Of a stretch of DNA of 64,000 nucleotides, positions 10,286-20,569 are shown in pieces. Where the stretch lies: the NCBI GenBank assembly GCA_977862235.1, contig OZ374566.1, forward strand, positions 434,001-498,000, written 5' to 3'. This DNA is from Dudresnaya verticillata. Its lineage: Eukaryota. Position 1 is the first letter of the stretch; each line of letters opens with the position of its first letter. The translations under genes were made by a program, and so were the position numbers. Below the pieces are notes generated by a model. That model saw only the letters and a list, made by a program, of their open reading frames with translations. It was not told the origin of the DNA and made no database searches.

Positions 10286-11173
10286 TTAGTGCCGCTGGAT
10301 TAACTCAATAGAAGCCTCGATAGAAGTTAGCCTTTGTTCGAGACTTTTCCGGCGCTCATCTTGACCTCGCACAGATGCCACGTTGTCCTTGAGTCTCGAG
10401 TAGAAGTCAAGTATCTCACCTCTCGCCATGGCCAGGTCCACGTTGTTCAGAAGGCGTTTGCTTGCTTTCACCGTAACGGTTCGTACCTTCTCTTCTAGCT
10501 TTGAACATTCTCGTTCAATTTCATCAAGCTCAGCTTTTGCATCCTCTGCGTCATGATGCCTGGCTCCAAACAACAGCATTATCCTATCTCCACATGCGAT
10601 TCCAGAATCTGAGAGCACTGCGGCATCCTTCAAGAACTTTCCCTTGAAAAGAATCTTGATGTCTCGCGCAGCGGCATCCACCCCGTCCAGCTTTGCGGTA
10701 GCATTTTTCAAGTCACCCACTGAAGCCGACAGTGCGATGTTAACTCGAAACTTATCCCTGCCCTTGATGAGAAGCACGTGTGTTTGACCTGGAATTTCAG
10801 GATCTCCGAGTATAGAACGAGATGGGACTGTAACAGGATTAGAAGCGCTAGCGGTCGCAGTCGTCCGGTCGCGCATGGCATCGAGAGCGGATGAGTCACG
10901 CCGAGACTTAGCTGTCTTCTCCTTGTACGCATCTGCCTCACGCTGCTTGGCAGTGGCCATTGCCATCATGCGCGTCCCGTTTGCAACCTTCGCAGATGCT
11001 AGAGTAGCATCGTCTGGGAATGTCTTTCCCTTGTGGAGTAAACGCAACCCGCCCTCAACTGCACCTACCCTCTCCTCGGCGCTCTGTCGAAGCTGACCGA
11101 AGGTCATCAGAGAATCTCCGGATATCTCCCATGTTTCTCGCCCCTTTATCACCTTCACGGTTATCTCTGGCAT
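10286..11173 (-). CDS. Tandem ubiquitin-like domain protein with C-terminal helical (BAG-like) domain
   Basis: Two UBL units (LRLLHKGKTFPDDATLASAKVANGTRMMAM; IKILFKGKFLKDAAVLSDSGIACGDRIMLL), then a helical segment ending DERRKSLEQRL that resembles a BAG domain. Confidence 0.75.
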   Translation of the reverse strand: MPEITVKVIKGRETWEISGDSLMTFGQLRQSAEERVGAVEGGLRLLHKGKTFPDDATLASAKVANGTRMMAMATAKQREADAYKEKTAKSRRDSSALDAMRDRTTATASASNPVTVPSRSILGDPEIPGQTHVLLIKGRDKFRVNIALSASVGDLKNATAKLDGVDAAARDIKILFKGKFLKDAAVLSDSGIACGDRIMLLFGARHHDAEDAKAELDEIERECSKLEEKVRTVTVKASKRLLNNVDLAMARGEILDFYSRLKDNVASVRGQDERRKSLEQRLTSIEASIELIQRH

Positions 11174-11464
11174 CTTTCTGAAGTTTCCACAGCGGAAATA
11201 TGAGAAAACAGAATGCAGCGGGGATCATGAGACGCTTTGAACGCGTCAAGAAAGGGCAATAATAAACTAGGCTCGCAGAGAGTATGTCTCTCACGGCCGA
11301 AATCCGCATCAAAAGTTTTCACCAAATTTGATCCACAGTGATCTTGTTCTAATGCTCACAAGTTGTTTGAGCTGCGAGACCTCGGTGCTGGGTTCGGTGC
11401 TGGGTTCGCTGCTTTCAACTCTCCGTCGTACTGCCCCTGACTGGAACAGGAATTGGTTTATGTA

Positions 11465-12013
11465 ATGGTTGGTATTCTCACCTCGTTCGTTGGGTACGCG
11501 CCCGTGAGCTATCGAGGTTTAGTGCTTGGTTCGCCGGTGTGCAACTCAAGGCGCCCTAAGACTCGCCGTCATCGAGCCGTGTCCCCTTGCAAAATCATCA
11601 CGAGCAGTCTACAACAGCAGGAAGTTTCCTGGGAATGCATGAGAAATTGCGGAGCATGTTGCAAGTTGGGAGACTTTGACGAGGATGTTTTGCGCGAAAT
11701 GCTTAACTCTGAAGCAGATGTTGTCGACTACCTAGGAATGGTAGGTTCCGATGGATGGTGTGTGTGGTTCGATAGCAAAAGTCGAAGCTGCACGAAATAC
11801 AATGAAAGACCGAGATTCTGTCGGGCGACGCCTGAAGTATTTGAAGAGCTTTACGGAGTACCACGGCCGGAATTCGATGAGTTTGCCAAGTCTTGCTGCA
11901 CGCATCACATCGGCAACATCTATGGCGAGCAGAGCCACGAAATGCAACGTTATAAGGTTCTCAGCAACCCTACTTCCGCGCAAGACCTGCAATATGAGGT
12001 TGAATTGGATTGA
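11465..12013 (+). CDS. YkgJ / CxxCxxCC cysteine-cluster protein, plastid-targeted
   Basis: WECMRNCGACC, GWCVWFD...RSCTKYNERPRFCR and SCC. Transit-like N-terminus from ATG 11465. Confidence 0.88.
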   Translation: MVGILTSFVGYAPVSYRGLVLGSPVCNSRRPKTRRHRAVSPCKIITSSLQQQEVSWECMRNCGACCKLGDFDEDVLREMLNSEADVVDYLGMVGSDGWCVWFDSKSRSCTKYNERPRFCRATPEVFEELYGVPRPEFDEFAKSCCTHHIGNIYGEQSHEMQRYKVLSNPTSAQDLQYEVELD

Positions 12014-12848
12014 GCACATCCCCAAGACCCCCGAAATGGACTTCAAAGTCGGTATAATTGATCTCACTAAACCCTGGATCTTTAGCTTCCCGGAGATATG
12101 ATGCTGTGTTGCGGTTCAAGTTGCAGCCATCAGCTAATGCATTTTGCAGTGGATTAAGGACTGTTTGCATGACGCGGAAGAGCGGCCGCGAAGATGGGGC
12201 ATACACATGCTCGATGAATATCAGGTAGCCACCTGGCTTTAAGACGCGGATGATCTCTTTGATGGCCTTCGACGGGCTCTTAACGCTGCATAAGGTCAAT
12301 GTAGATATGGCGACATCATAGCAGTTGCTTTCGACTGGCAGATTCTCGCAAACGCCTTCAAGCTGTTCCAGGTTAATTCCAGAAGCATTGGCTTTTTCCA
12401 TTGCATATGGGTTCATATAAGGGTTAGGATCAACCCCAGTGACGTGAGTCCCAGCTGGAAGAAAGCGCAGATTCGGTCCAGCTCCAATACCCACGTCCAA
12501 GACATTATCTGAACTCTTAATTATATTGAAGAGTTCACGTTTTCGTGCAGCGATATTGGCTTCATATTGCACCATACCAGTCTCCATTGCATCTGCGAAG
12601 AGCTTTTTGGACATGTTGGACATTTCATTTTCGTTACGCTGAGCTGCCAAGACGGGGAAGCTCCGAAAGTTTGCAACAGCAATTGCTGCTATAGCCACGC
12701 GGCATACATTCCTTCTGCTAACGCTTTGATCCCAAGCATTACGGGAGTTTGTACTTTGGCAGGTCCAGGTAGTCTTGACGAAGCCTAAATGACCTCCCAT
12801 GTGTCTTGTGGGAAAAGGTCTTGGAATTTGTCTTGGCTCGGCAGACAT
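11970..12848 (-). CDS. Class I SAM-dependent methyltransferase (Methyltransf_11, METTL7-like), plastid-targeted
   Basis: VLDVGIGAGPN, GVDPNPYM, YDVAISTLTLCSV, RVLKPGGYLIFIEHV, DGCNLNR and C-terminal PHIAGLARK. Start is ATG 12848 or the internal Met (MGGHLGF). Confidence 0.92.
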   Translation of the reverse strand: MSAEPRQIPRPFPTRHMGGHLGFVKTTWTCQSTNSRNAWDQSVSRRNVCRVAIAAIAVANFRSFPVLAAQRNENEMSNMSKKLFADAMETGMVQYEANIAARKRELFNIIKSSDNVLDVGIGAGPNLRFLPAGTHVTGVDPNPYMNPYAMEKANASGINLEQLEGVCENLPVESNCYDVAISTLTLCSVKSPSKAIKEIIRVLKPGGYLIFIEHVYAPSSRPLFRVMQTVLNPLQNALADGCNLNRNTASYLREAKDPGFSEINYTDFEVHFGGLGDVLNPIQPHIAGLARK

Positions 12849-13462
12849 GTGGCGGAGAAAATTTCCTTCGAATTTGAGGGAGAGTCTGTTGGAAGGAGTC
12901 GGTGGCGGTCAACCAGCTGGCAGCTGGCACGCCCGCACTGAAGGCATCCAAGAAGGATAGTCGCCAAATTGGTATCTGCCGCTTGGATTGGCGCCTGGCG
13001 CCTGATATGCTACAGCAGTGGTTCGAAGCTGGAACGAAGAGCGTTCTCGGAGACCAGCAAGCATCAGCACACAACGCTCTATAGCCGAAGGTTGAGAAGC
13101 GATAGTTCCCTGTGCGCTCCATAAACTGTTTGACCGTACAGCATCAAAACAATCTCGCTAGGCCTTAGAAGTGAGCGTCAGCCCTTACCTTCCAAGGTAG
13201 GCACTAAGAACGAAGTCACTAGGACTCGCAATTCTTCTGATTAAGATTGTTTTATGTTATTATCTAACGCTTAGACATGTACGGGGTCATTGTAAGAACA
13301 AGGCCACAATTGTAACGACGCACGCAGGGCAACACTTAGTGAAGATTCTGCATGCCTCGGGCGTATTCTGTCGCTAGTACCCCAAATTGCTCTTGCGCCG
13401 CTTCAAATCGAGAGAGTGACCGCCGAAGCGCACATTCGATGTGAGCAGCGCGGGCGTAACAC

Positions 13463-14730
13463 TTAAATCTGCTTCACTAGTTGAATCACGTCCTCATCAC
13501 AGAGGACGTGGTCCTTACCACACTTCTGCGGATTGAACTTTGTGCTTCTCCCCCAGACCAGCGCAAACTTTAGCTCGTGTTCCAGAGTCTTGTGAATGCG
13601 TCTACAAAATGCCGCCACAGTTCTCTGCCTCTCGTCGTTCTTCAGAATTACAGGTTCGTCAAAGTCAACCATTGTTACTCCTTTCGGCTTCGTGTAGATA
13701 CGCACAAGCTTGAGGTCATCCCAGATCGTCTCCAAAAGACCATCGATGTTCCACTGCATTCTTCCACTTATAGGCACGTAGCGATCCATTCGATGGTAGA
13801 GCTCAAGTTCTTCCATACTGATCTTATCAATCATGTTCACAACGTACAAAGCAGGAATATACCTCCGATTGCCTTCGATCACGTCAATAATTTCATCAAT
13901 CGTACTGCAAGCATCGCGGGAAGTTTGGGGCCACGCAGGGATGACAACAGCATGGAAACAAAGACTACATTAGCATACAACGCAATAGAAGATCGCACCA
14001 CCGCGCCGAAAAGCCAAACTGACAGACTGGAAACCAGCATGTCGAGCAGAGCAATAACGCACCATGGTCCTCGAACAACGAAATCAGCATTGTGTATCTT
14101 ATACTCGGCGCAAACGCTCTTGACTGTTTCGAGAGTAAGATCTGTCTGCACAGCTGAGGAGAAGGAGATTCCACCTCGATCCTTCCGCCTGTAGATCACG
14201 GGCGGCGGTTTCTTGTTCAATCTGATCCCAAACCCTTCAAGTTCCTTCTCAATGATTCTCTTGTGGCTGGCAGGCTTCGCGGCATCTAGGACGATAAGAA
14301 TTAGGTCGCACGAGCGAGCAACAGCAATAACTTGGCGTCCTCTTCCCTTTCCATCGTTTGCGCCCTCAATAATTCCTGGAAGATCCAAGAGCTGAATCTT
14401 AGAACCCTTGTAGTATAGCATACCGGGAATGCACGTTAGAGTCGTGAATTCGTATGCAGCAGCAGCACTCTCAGTTCCGGTAAGAAGCGTGAGGAGGGAA
14501 GACTTCCCGACAGATGGGAATCCAATGAATCCAACCCTTGCATCGCCAGTCTTTGGCACTTCAAAACCTTCCCCTGATGGACCCCCGCTCTTCGCAGGGG
14601 CAATCAGCTCTCGTCTGAGCTTCGCTAGCTTCGCCTTCAGAATACCGAGATGCTGAGACGTCGCTTTGTTCTTCTGAGTTCGAGCCATCTCATTCTCGAT
14701 CTCCTCGATCTTTGCGATTGTCGTAGACAT
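13463..14730 (-). CDS. DRG1: Developmentally regulated GTP-binding protein (DRG1/Rbg1 type); 2 exons
   Basis: [37 protein letters not shown] and a TGS domain. Exons 14730-14063 and 13904-13463 with GT-AG intron 14062-13905. Splicing gives [19 protein letters not shown] and 369 aa. Confidence 0.95.
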
Positions 14731-15531
14731 CGTGATATGTCAAGTGCCTTGCGGCCCGAAACGGAGTCCACAGCTCGAGACGGTTCAAGGTGTCGTGGAC
14801 AGTGAGTGTCCACGGAAGAATTACCCTATTGAAGTTGAGGAAAGGGCAGTGGTGGCCTCGGCCGTGGTTGAGCTGCAGTGGTGGTCCAGGCTTTCGTCGG
14901 CTGGACTATGCTGAGTTCGACGGCTCGACCCTGTATTTTTTTAGCGAAGTCTTTTGCGCAACACTTTTTTTCGCAAAGTCAAACGTCATTTTGATGATTA
15001 ATACCGATGGCCCCAGCCAGCATGGACACGCTGGCCTGAAGGGACCCCAGCCCGCTTGGGACACACTGGGCGAAAGCAACTCCAGCCAGCGTGGAACACA
15101 ATGAGCGAAAGAGACTCCAGCTTCATTGTTTGGCACTCTGAGGTCTAAATCGTGCGTTGCAGAGCACGAAACAAAAGCAACATAACATAATAATATGTTA
15201 GTCTTCGTTCTCCAATGCCGCCATCGATTGCACTCCGCTTGGCATAGGTGGAGGTAGTCGCTGCAACTGATCCCAGATCACAAGGTTGCTTTACGCCCGA
15301 ACAAATTGATGAAAAAGACGAAACAGAAGCCTCGAGGTGTTACCTCCACTCGCAGTCCCTACCTCAACAGGTCGTTTACAATAAAGCAAAAGCCCGCTAG
15401 ACTAGCCTCGGAACCCAAAAAGGTACCCAAGAGTACAGTGAGCAGACGGCGAAAAGCCATCAAGATCGCGAGAGGAGTAGTCTGAGGCGCACCGACGCGG
15501 GCTATATCCAATAGACATGAGTGAAACGCAT

Positions 15532-16048
15532 TTAATCCTCGTAGACGCGGCACTCGTCAGCTTCTGGTACGTCCTCGCAGAATTTGTCGAGAGGGTCCTG
15601 GGAGCCCTGCTTTGCTTTGATGTGAGCAGCCTCGGCCTCCAGCTCCTCAACGACGTCCCAGGCCAGCGCGGCTTCCTTGGAACCCTTGCCAAACGACGCG
15701 GTGGCTTCTTCGGCCTTCTTGACCTCCTCTGCGATCTTCACCTTGATGGTGTCCAGGTTCATGACAACGGCAGCGCGCGGCTTCGGGGCGCTCCAGTTGA
15801 CGCGGGCGCCGGCGAAGGAGGACACCTGCATCAATCGCAAAAGGGGTAACGCGCAGGACGTGATCGCAGTGGGACAATGCGGACAAACACAGGGATGGGG
15901 TGACGGGCTGGCGGGTTAGCAATGACGTTGATTCGCGCGGAGACTGAATCTCTGGCGTGCGCTTGTGCTGCGGTTGTGCGGTTGTGCAACTTACGGCTGG
16001 GGTGAAGGCACGGCGGGCAGTGAACGAGACTGGGGTAACGAAGGCCAT
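15532..16048 (-). CDS. CP12: Calvin-cycle regulator CP12, plastid-targeted; 2 exons
   Basis: AWDVVEEL core and DPLDKFCEDVPEADECRVYED C-terminus. Exon 1 16048-15995 (MAFVTPVSFTARRAFTPA), intron 15994-15826 (GTAAGT..CTAAC..CAG), exon 2 15825-15532. Confidence 0.96.
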
Positions 16049-17101
16049 TGTAGGTAGTTGGGAGGGCGGTAAACGAGAAGGAGGAAAGGGAAGCAGTGAG
16101 ATGTGGGAGTGCTCTCGTTTGCGCGGTTGGGGGTCGTGGGCGGAGCGAAAGGATAAATAGGCCTGCGCAGGTTCGCTCCGAGAAAGATCTGGACTGGAAA
16201 TGAGCGGCGACAGGGCTTGGAAGCGGCCCGGACGAATGTGGCAGGCTGCCCAATCAGACCACCAGCGAGCCCAGGAAATCTGAGGGGTCTGCCTTCGAGC
16301 TGCTTTCAGCATCGAAAAGATATGTTTTGAGATCCTTGCCCGATTTCTGCCCAGTGGCTACGCGCCACTTGGCTCTAGAAGCCGGCAACGAGCACAGCGG
16401 CGTGAAGCCAGCGCCACAAAGCCGCCCTCCAATTGGAACGGCCGTGTGAACCGTTGCTATCATAACACCGCAGATCTCTCCCGAGCCCTGTTATTGGTTG
16501 GTGGCGGACGAGAGCTCCACTCTTTGCGCGCCAAGTTTCCGGGCCAGATATTTTGCGACGGTTAGTGGTCGATAGGCTCTTGTGCTGCGGTTGGCGCAAA
16601 GGCTTTCCGATCCGCCTCTGTCGCACAGGCCGTCGACCATCCATCGCCTTGAGAGAAACCCAGAACTGTAAGTTTTCAAATCGCTAATTCGTACATTACA
16701 GACCTCTGGGTTCCTCTGTAAGCTATTGCGTAAGCTCGACTTGTTGTGTAAGCTCGACTTCCGAACTCCAGAGGGATGCCAAAAAAGGTCGGCCCGCAAA
16801 GTGCTGGGGGCTGGCACCTGGCACCTGGCACCAGGTCGAAAGCAGCCAGACAGACAATTCCAAGTCACGCGAGCCCGCGTGGCACGGGCCACGGGCTGCG
16901 GAAAGCAGACGTTTCGAAAGCGCCCCGGCCCGCTCATCTTCGACCCATCTGCAGCTCTGCACCGCGTACATTTTCAAACCCGTTCCAAGCTTCCGTCAGA
17001 AACTGTGGAGAACGAAGACGACGACTCGGTCGTACCGCAAGGCAAGGAGAAGCTCCCCCCAAGCGCCCGCCGCCGTCCTCAACAGGTCCGACCACACCTC
17101 A

Positions 17102-17944
17102 ATGCGCGAAGAAGTCAAGACACGCCTCGCAGGCGCGGGCGGCGCGCTCATCACCTCGGTCACACTGGCCGCCCTCCGCTCTGGCCGCCTTGGTGAAGGA
17201 TACTTCTCGCTGCAGCTAGCGGCCACTCTCGTCGTGCTCTCGTTTTTGCCGTACCTCTACCGTACCGCTCTATTGTCATCTGTCCCAACAGCCCTTTTGT
17301 ACCCGCTCACGCTGATTTGGGGCTGTCTGTGTTTTGCGCCGGTGTTTCTCGCTTTTATTGTTGACCTCTTCACTGGCCACCGGGTCGAGGGTGCCGGCGT
17401 ATTCAACGCTCTGTGGCGCGTGTACGCCATCATTGCCCTATGGATCGGCTTTGCGGTCTGCAATGAACGCTTCATCCGCCCTTGGTGGAGGGAGTTTTAC
17501 AAGCGTCACTTTGACGGCAGAAGCTCAAATTCGCTCAGTGGGCAAGCACGACAAATGACCTTTGACAAACGCGACGCGGCGCTCGAGGCTATCAAGGCGC
17601 GGGTTGTTGTCAGTCTCAAGAAGAAGAAGCTGGCGGAACGCACGATCGAGACGAAGAAGACCGAGAAGGCCAAGTCCGCAGATTCAATTCGAAAGGCAGA
17701 GAAGTTATTGGAGAGTGCGAAAAAGCGTGCAGGGGATTCTGCGGACAATAAGGAGGAGGCTGCGGAGGAGGTGGACGCGATGACCGCAATGCTTGACAAC
17801 GCACGCTCTGCCGAGAAAGGGTTGGACACCGACGTTTTGCGCGCAGAGATTGATCTTCAAGAGATTCAAACTCAGCTCGAAATGTTGCAGCATGAATGGA
17901 CAGAGGCTTTGCACATTGAAAACTACACAGCTTTCTACCGCTAA
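17102..17944 (+). CDS. Hypothetical membrane protein (about 4 TM helices) with C-terminal coiled coil
   Basis: 280-aa ATG ORF. Hydrophobic segments fill the first ~125 aa, followed by a long charged heptad-like helix. Confidence 0.78.
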   Translation: MREEVKTRLAGAGGALITSVTLAALRSGRLGEGYFSLQLAATLVVLSFLPYLYRTALLSSVPTALLYPLTLIWGCLCFAPVFLAFIVDLFTGHRVEGAGVFNALWRVYAIIALWIGFAVCNERFIRPWWREFYKRHFDGRSSNSLSGQARQMTFDKRDAALEAIKARVVVSLKKKKLAERTIETKKTEKAKSADSIRKAEKLLESAKKRAGDSADNKEEAAEEVDAMTAMLDNARSAEKGLDTDVLRAEIDLQEIQTQLEMLQHEWTEALHIENYTAFYR

Positions 17945-18410
17945 AGAGCACCGTGCACGATTTTAACTAACGTGTTAATGAATATGCCGCATGCTGGGAG
18001 GTGGCCGTGATACAGTTGTTTCCGTGTGGGCTGCGGTCGATCCTTGCATTCCCTGGAGAGGAAGGAAACATATTTGCGAAGCTGCATGAAAAAGGCTGAC
18101 GCCGTCCAAAACAGATCCATCTCAATCGAGACGAATGGGCTTGGCGAAAAGATCACACTAACTCAAAAAAATAATATTCATGTTAACAACTATGTCAGCA
18201 GCTTGCCATCCTCCACAATATGCCTGTCTGTTCTGATGCACATTCCCAACGGCCAATGCAAAATGCGCAGAAGCAAAAAAGTAACGCATCATTCCCTTTC
18301 AGGACGCCGTTGTCAAAGGGAGGAGCAGAGCAATGACCAGACGGGTAATCCCCTCGTCAGCTCCGGATAATAAAGATGAACGAATAATACACCAACGTCG
18401 CAGGCATGCA

Positions 18411-20216
18411 TCACGTCGACTCGTGCCTTGTGCGTTGATAGAACCTAGAAAACATAGCCCACGTGACCACACCAGTGTCGCACTCCTCAGCCCCACAAAC
18501 CTCCGCCCTCAAAACTTCAAGGTCACGGTCTCGCGCGTCAGAGGCTATAGCCAGTCCTCGGACAGCGCGTGCAAACTGGTCTGGCGAGACAGGGGAGCCA
18601 TCGAGGCCCCCCAAAAATTCCTGCCAGGCAGCACGAGAGGAGCGGTAGCGAGCAGAGTGAACGTGCGCGATGAATGCCCGGCGCAACAATGAGCGACGTG
18701 CCAGGGTTCGTGAGGATACCCCTCCAACATCCAGAACGGCTGAAGAAGCCCGTCGGTAGGGCATCTGGCTCGAACTCCCTTGACTTTGCCGTGAAGAATG
18801 CAAGTCGTGACGGCTGCTCTTCCGACGCACCGGCTCATGCACATTGCCAGCACTCCTCGCTCGCATCACACCATGCGCCAACGCAGCTGGATGCGAGACA
18901 CTATGAGCGTCTGCGGTGGACGTGTTTGAGCTCCGTGACGTGTTGTTTGCCGCGTCGTAAGCATGTCCTGCTATCGCGCTGTGCTGTGTAGAAGCGCGCT
19001 GGCGACGGGCCGGAACCGACGGGACGCTGTCCGTCCGGGTGAAGCGGGTTTGTTGCGGTGCACTGTCTCGCTGCGGCTGCTCCTGTTGCCGCTGGTGTGT
19101 GTGGTGCGTCTGTAGCAAGGTGCGCGAGGCGCGCAGCATCTCCAACTCTGAGCGGAGTTGACCCTCCACAACATCACGACGAGCAAGTTCCTCTGCATGC
19201 AAAACTGCAGCATTAGCCGATTCCTCCTCCAGCTCGCGTACGCGGCGAGTGAGCCTGCGTCGAGTGTCCTTGAGCTGCCTTGCAAGTACCTGGACCTCTG
19301 CCGAGGAATCCGCAGCGCGGACGCGAAGCGACTGCAAAAGGACGTCTGTGTCTGCTCTGTGGGCTGAGAATGCCCGGTCTAGGCGCTCCTTCTCCTCCCG
19401 GACCGCAGTCAACTCAACCTGCAGCGCAGCAGCGTGGTCATCCCTGGTGCGGTACGGGACAGACGGAGAAGATGACGGCGCCTCCGGGACGTCGTCCTCC
19501 TGCTCACCGACATAGTCAAGAGCAATACCGGTCTGGGCGACGTCGTCAATGAAGACGAGGTCATCGCGCGGGACATGGACTCTGTCGGTGAGTCGGTCAG
19601 CGTCTGTGGCCGATGCCGACGAGCTGGGACGACGGTCGCGCGCGGCTGAGCTGGCGCTGTCGGAGACTTCGCTGGCGTCAACCTCGAGTGCGGGGGTTCT
19701 TCCACCAGTGGCGACGGCAGCAGCAGCAGCGGTGGTAGTGGTAGTGGTGGTGGTAGTGGTGGTGGTAGTGGTAGTGGCCGAGTCGGGATCTGCCGAGCGG
19801 AGCGAGGAGGGCGCCGAGTCGGAGCGGGCCGAGTCACGGTCGTGCGAAGGGGTGGCCGGCGGCGGGCGGGGGACGTCGTCGTAGCCCGAGCCCGCCAGGA
19901 CCGGGGCCGGGGTCGGGGCGGGCGGCGGGCGCTTCGGCTCGCGCAGGACGGACAGGACGCGGCGCGCCGCGCCGGGGGCCGAGGGCTTGGCCAGGAACGA
20001 GCGGCGCGACGCCTCGTGCTCCTCCTGCGCGGCGGCGGGCACCAGCGCGGCGGCGGCGGCGGTAGCGGCAGCGGCGGCCGCCGCCGCCGCGCCGGCGCCA
20101 CCACCGCCGCCGCCGCGCGAGAACAGGCGGCGCGTGCCCTTGTGGCGCACGTCCGAGAACGACGGCGACGCGCGCAGGCGCGAGCGGCGCGGGCGCGAGT
20201 CGGCCGCGGGCGACAT
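18411..20216 (-). CDS. Hypothetical low-complexity/coiled-coil protein with possible degenerate C-terminal EF-hand pair (601 aa)
   Basis: 3' part of the 1177-aa ORF. ATG 20216 sits in a gccgccATG context. Poly-Ala/Thr runs, a coiled coil (LQVELTAVREEKERL..LRSELEML) and C-terminal ..VSPDQFARAV..DTGVVTWAMFSRFY. Confidence 0.75.
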   Translation of the reverse strand: MSPAADSRPRRSRLRASPSFSDVRHKGTRRLFSRGGGGGGAGAAAAAAAAATAAAAALVPAAAQEEHEASRRSFLAKPSAPGAARRVLSVLREPKRPPPAPTPAPVLAGSGYDDVPRPPPATPSHDRDSARSDSAPSSLRSADPDSATTTTTTTTTTTTTTTAAAAAVATGGRTPALEVDASEVSDSASSAARDRRPSSSASATDADRLTDRVHVPRDDLVFIDDVAQTGIALDYVGEQEDDVPEAPSSSPSVPYRTRDDHAAALQVELTAVREEKERLDRAFSAHRADTDVLLQSLRVRAADSSAEVQVLARQLKDTRRRLTRRVRELEEESANAAVLHAEELARRDVVEGQLRSELEMLRASRTLLQTHHTHQRQQEQPQRDSAPQQTRFTRTDSVPSVPARRQRASTQHSAIAGHAYDAANNTSRSSNTSTADAHSVSHPAALAHGVMRARSAGNVHEPVRRKSSRHDLHSSRQSQGSSSQMPYRRASSAVLDVGGVSSRTLARRSLLRRAFIAHVHSARYRSSRAAWQEFLGGLDGSPVSPDQFARAVRGLAIASDARDRDLEVLRAEVCGAEECDTGVVTWAMFSRFYQRTRHEST

Positions 20217-20281
20217 GGCGGCGCGGCGGCGCGCGCGCGCGGCGGCGCGGGTTGGCTGTGCCTTGGGGCGCGTCCTCGGCA

Positions 20282-20313
<32 letters not shown>

Positions 20314-20535
20314 AGCGGGCGCCGGCGCGACAGCAAGCGCGGCGCGGGCGGGCGCGCGCGGCGGCGAAGCTGAGGCGAAACGGCGCGAGCGCGCGCGCGA
20401 TGTTGCACGCGGCTGGCGCAGGGTTGTGCGCTCGCGCGCGCGCACGCACGGAGGCGGTGGTGCGCGCGCGGGGCGGGGCGGGGGCGGGGGCGGGGGGCGG
20501 GGGGGATGGAAGGCGGGGGGGGGGGCGCGCGGGTG

Positions 20536-20569
<34 letters not shown>

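Noticed and set aside
11382..11408. 12-bp tandem duplication (TCGGTGCTGGGT)x2 upstream of YkgJ
   Set aside because: Single small duplication with no further support for function.
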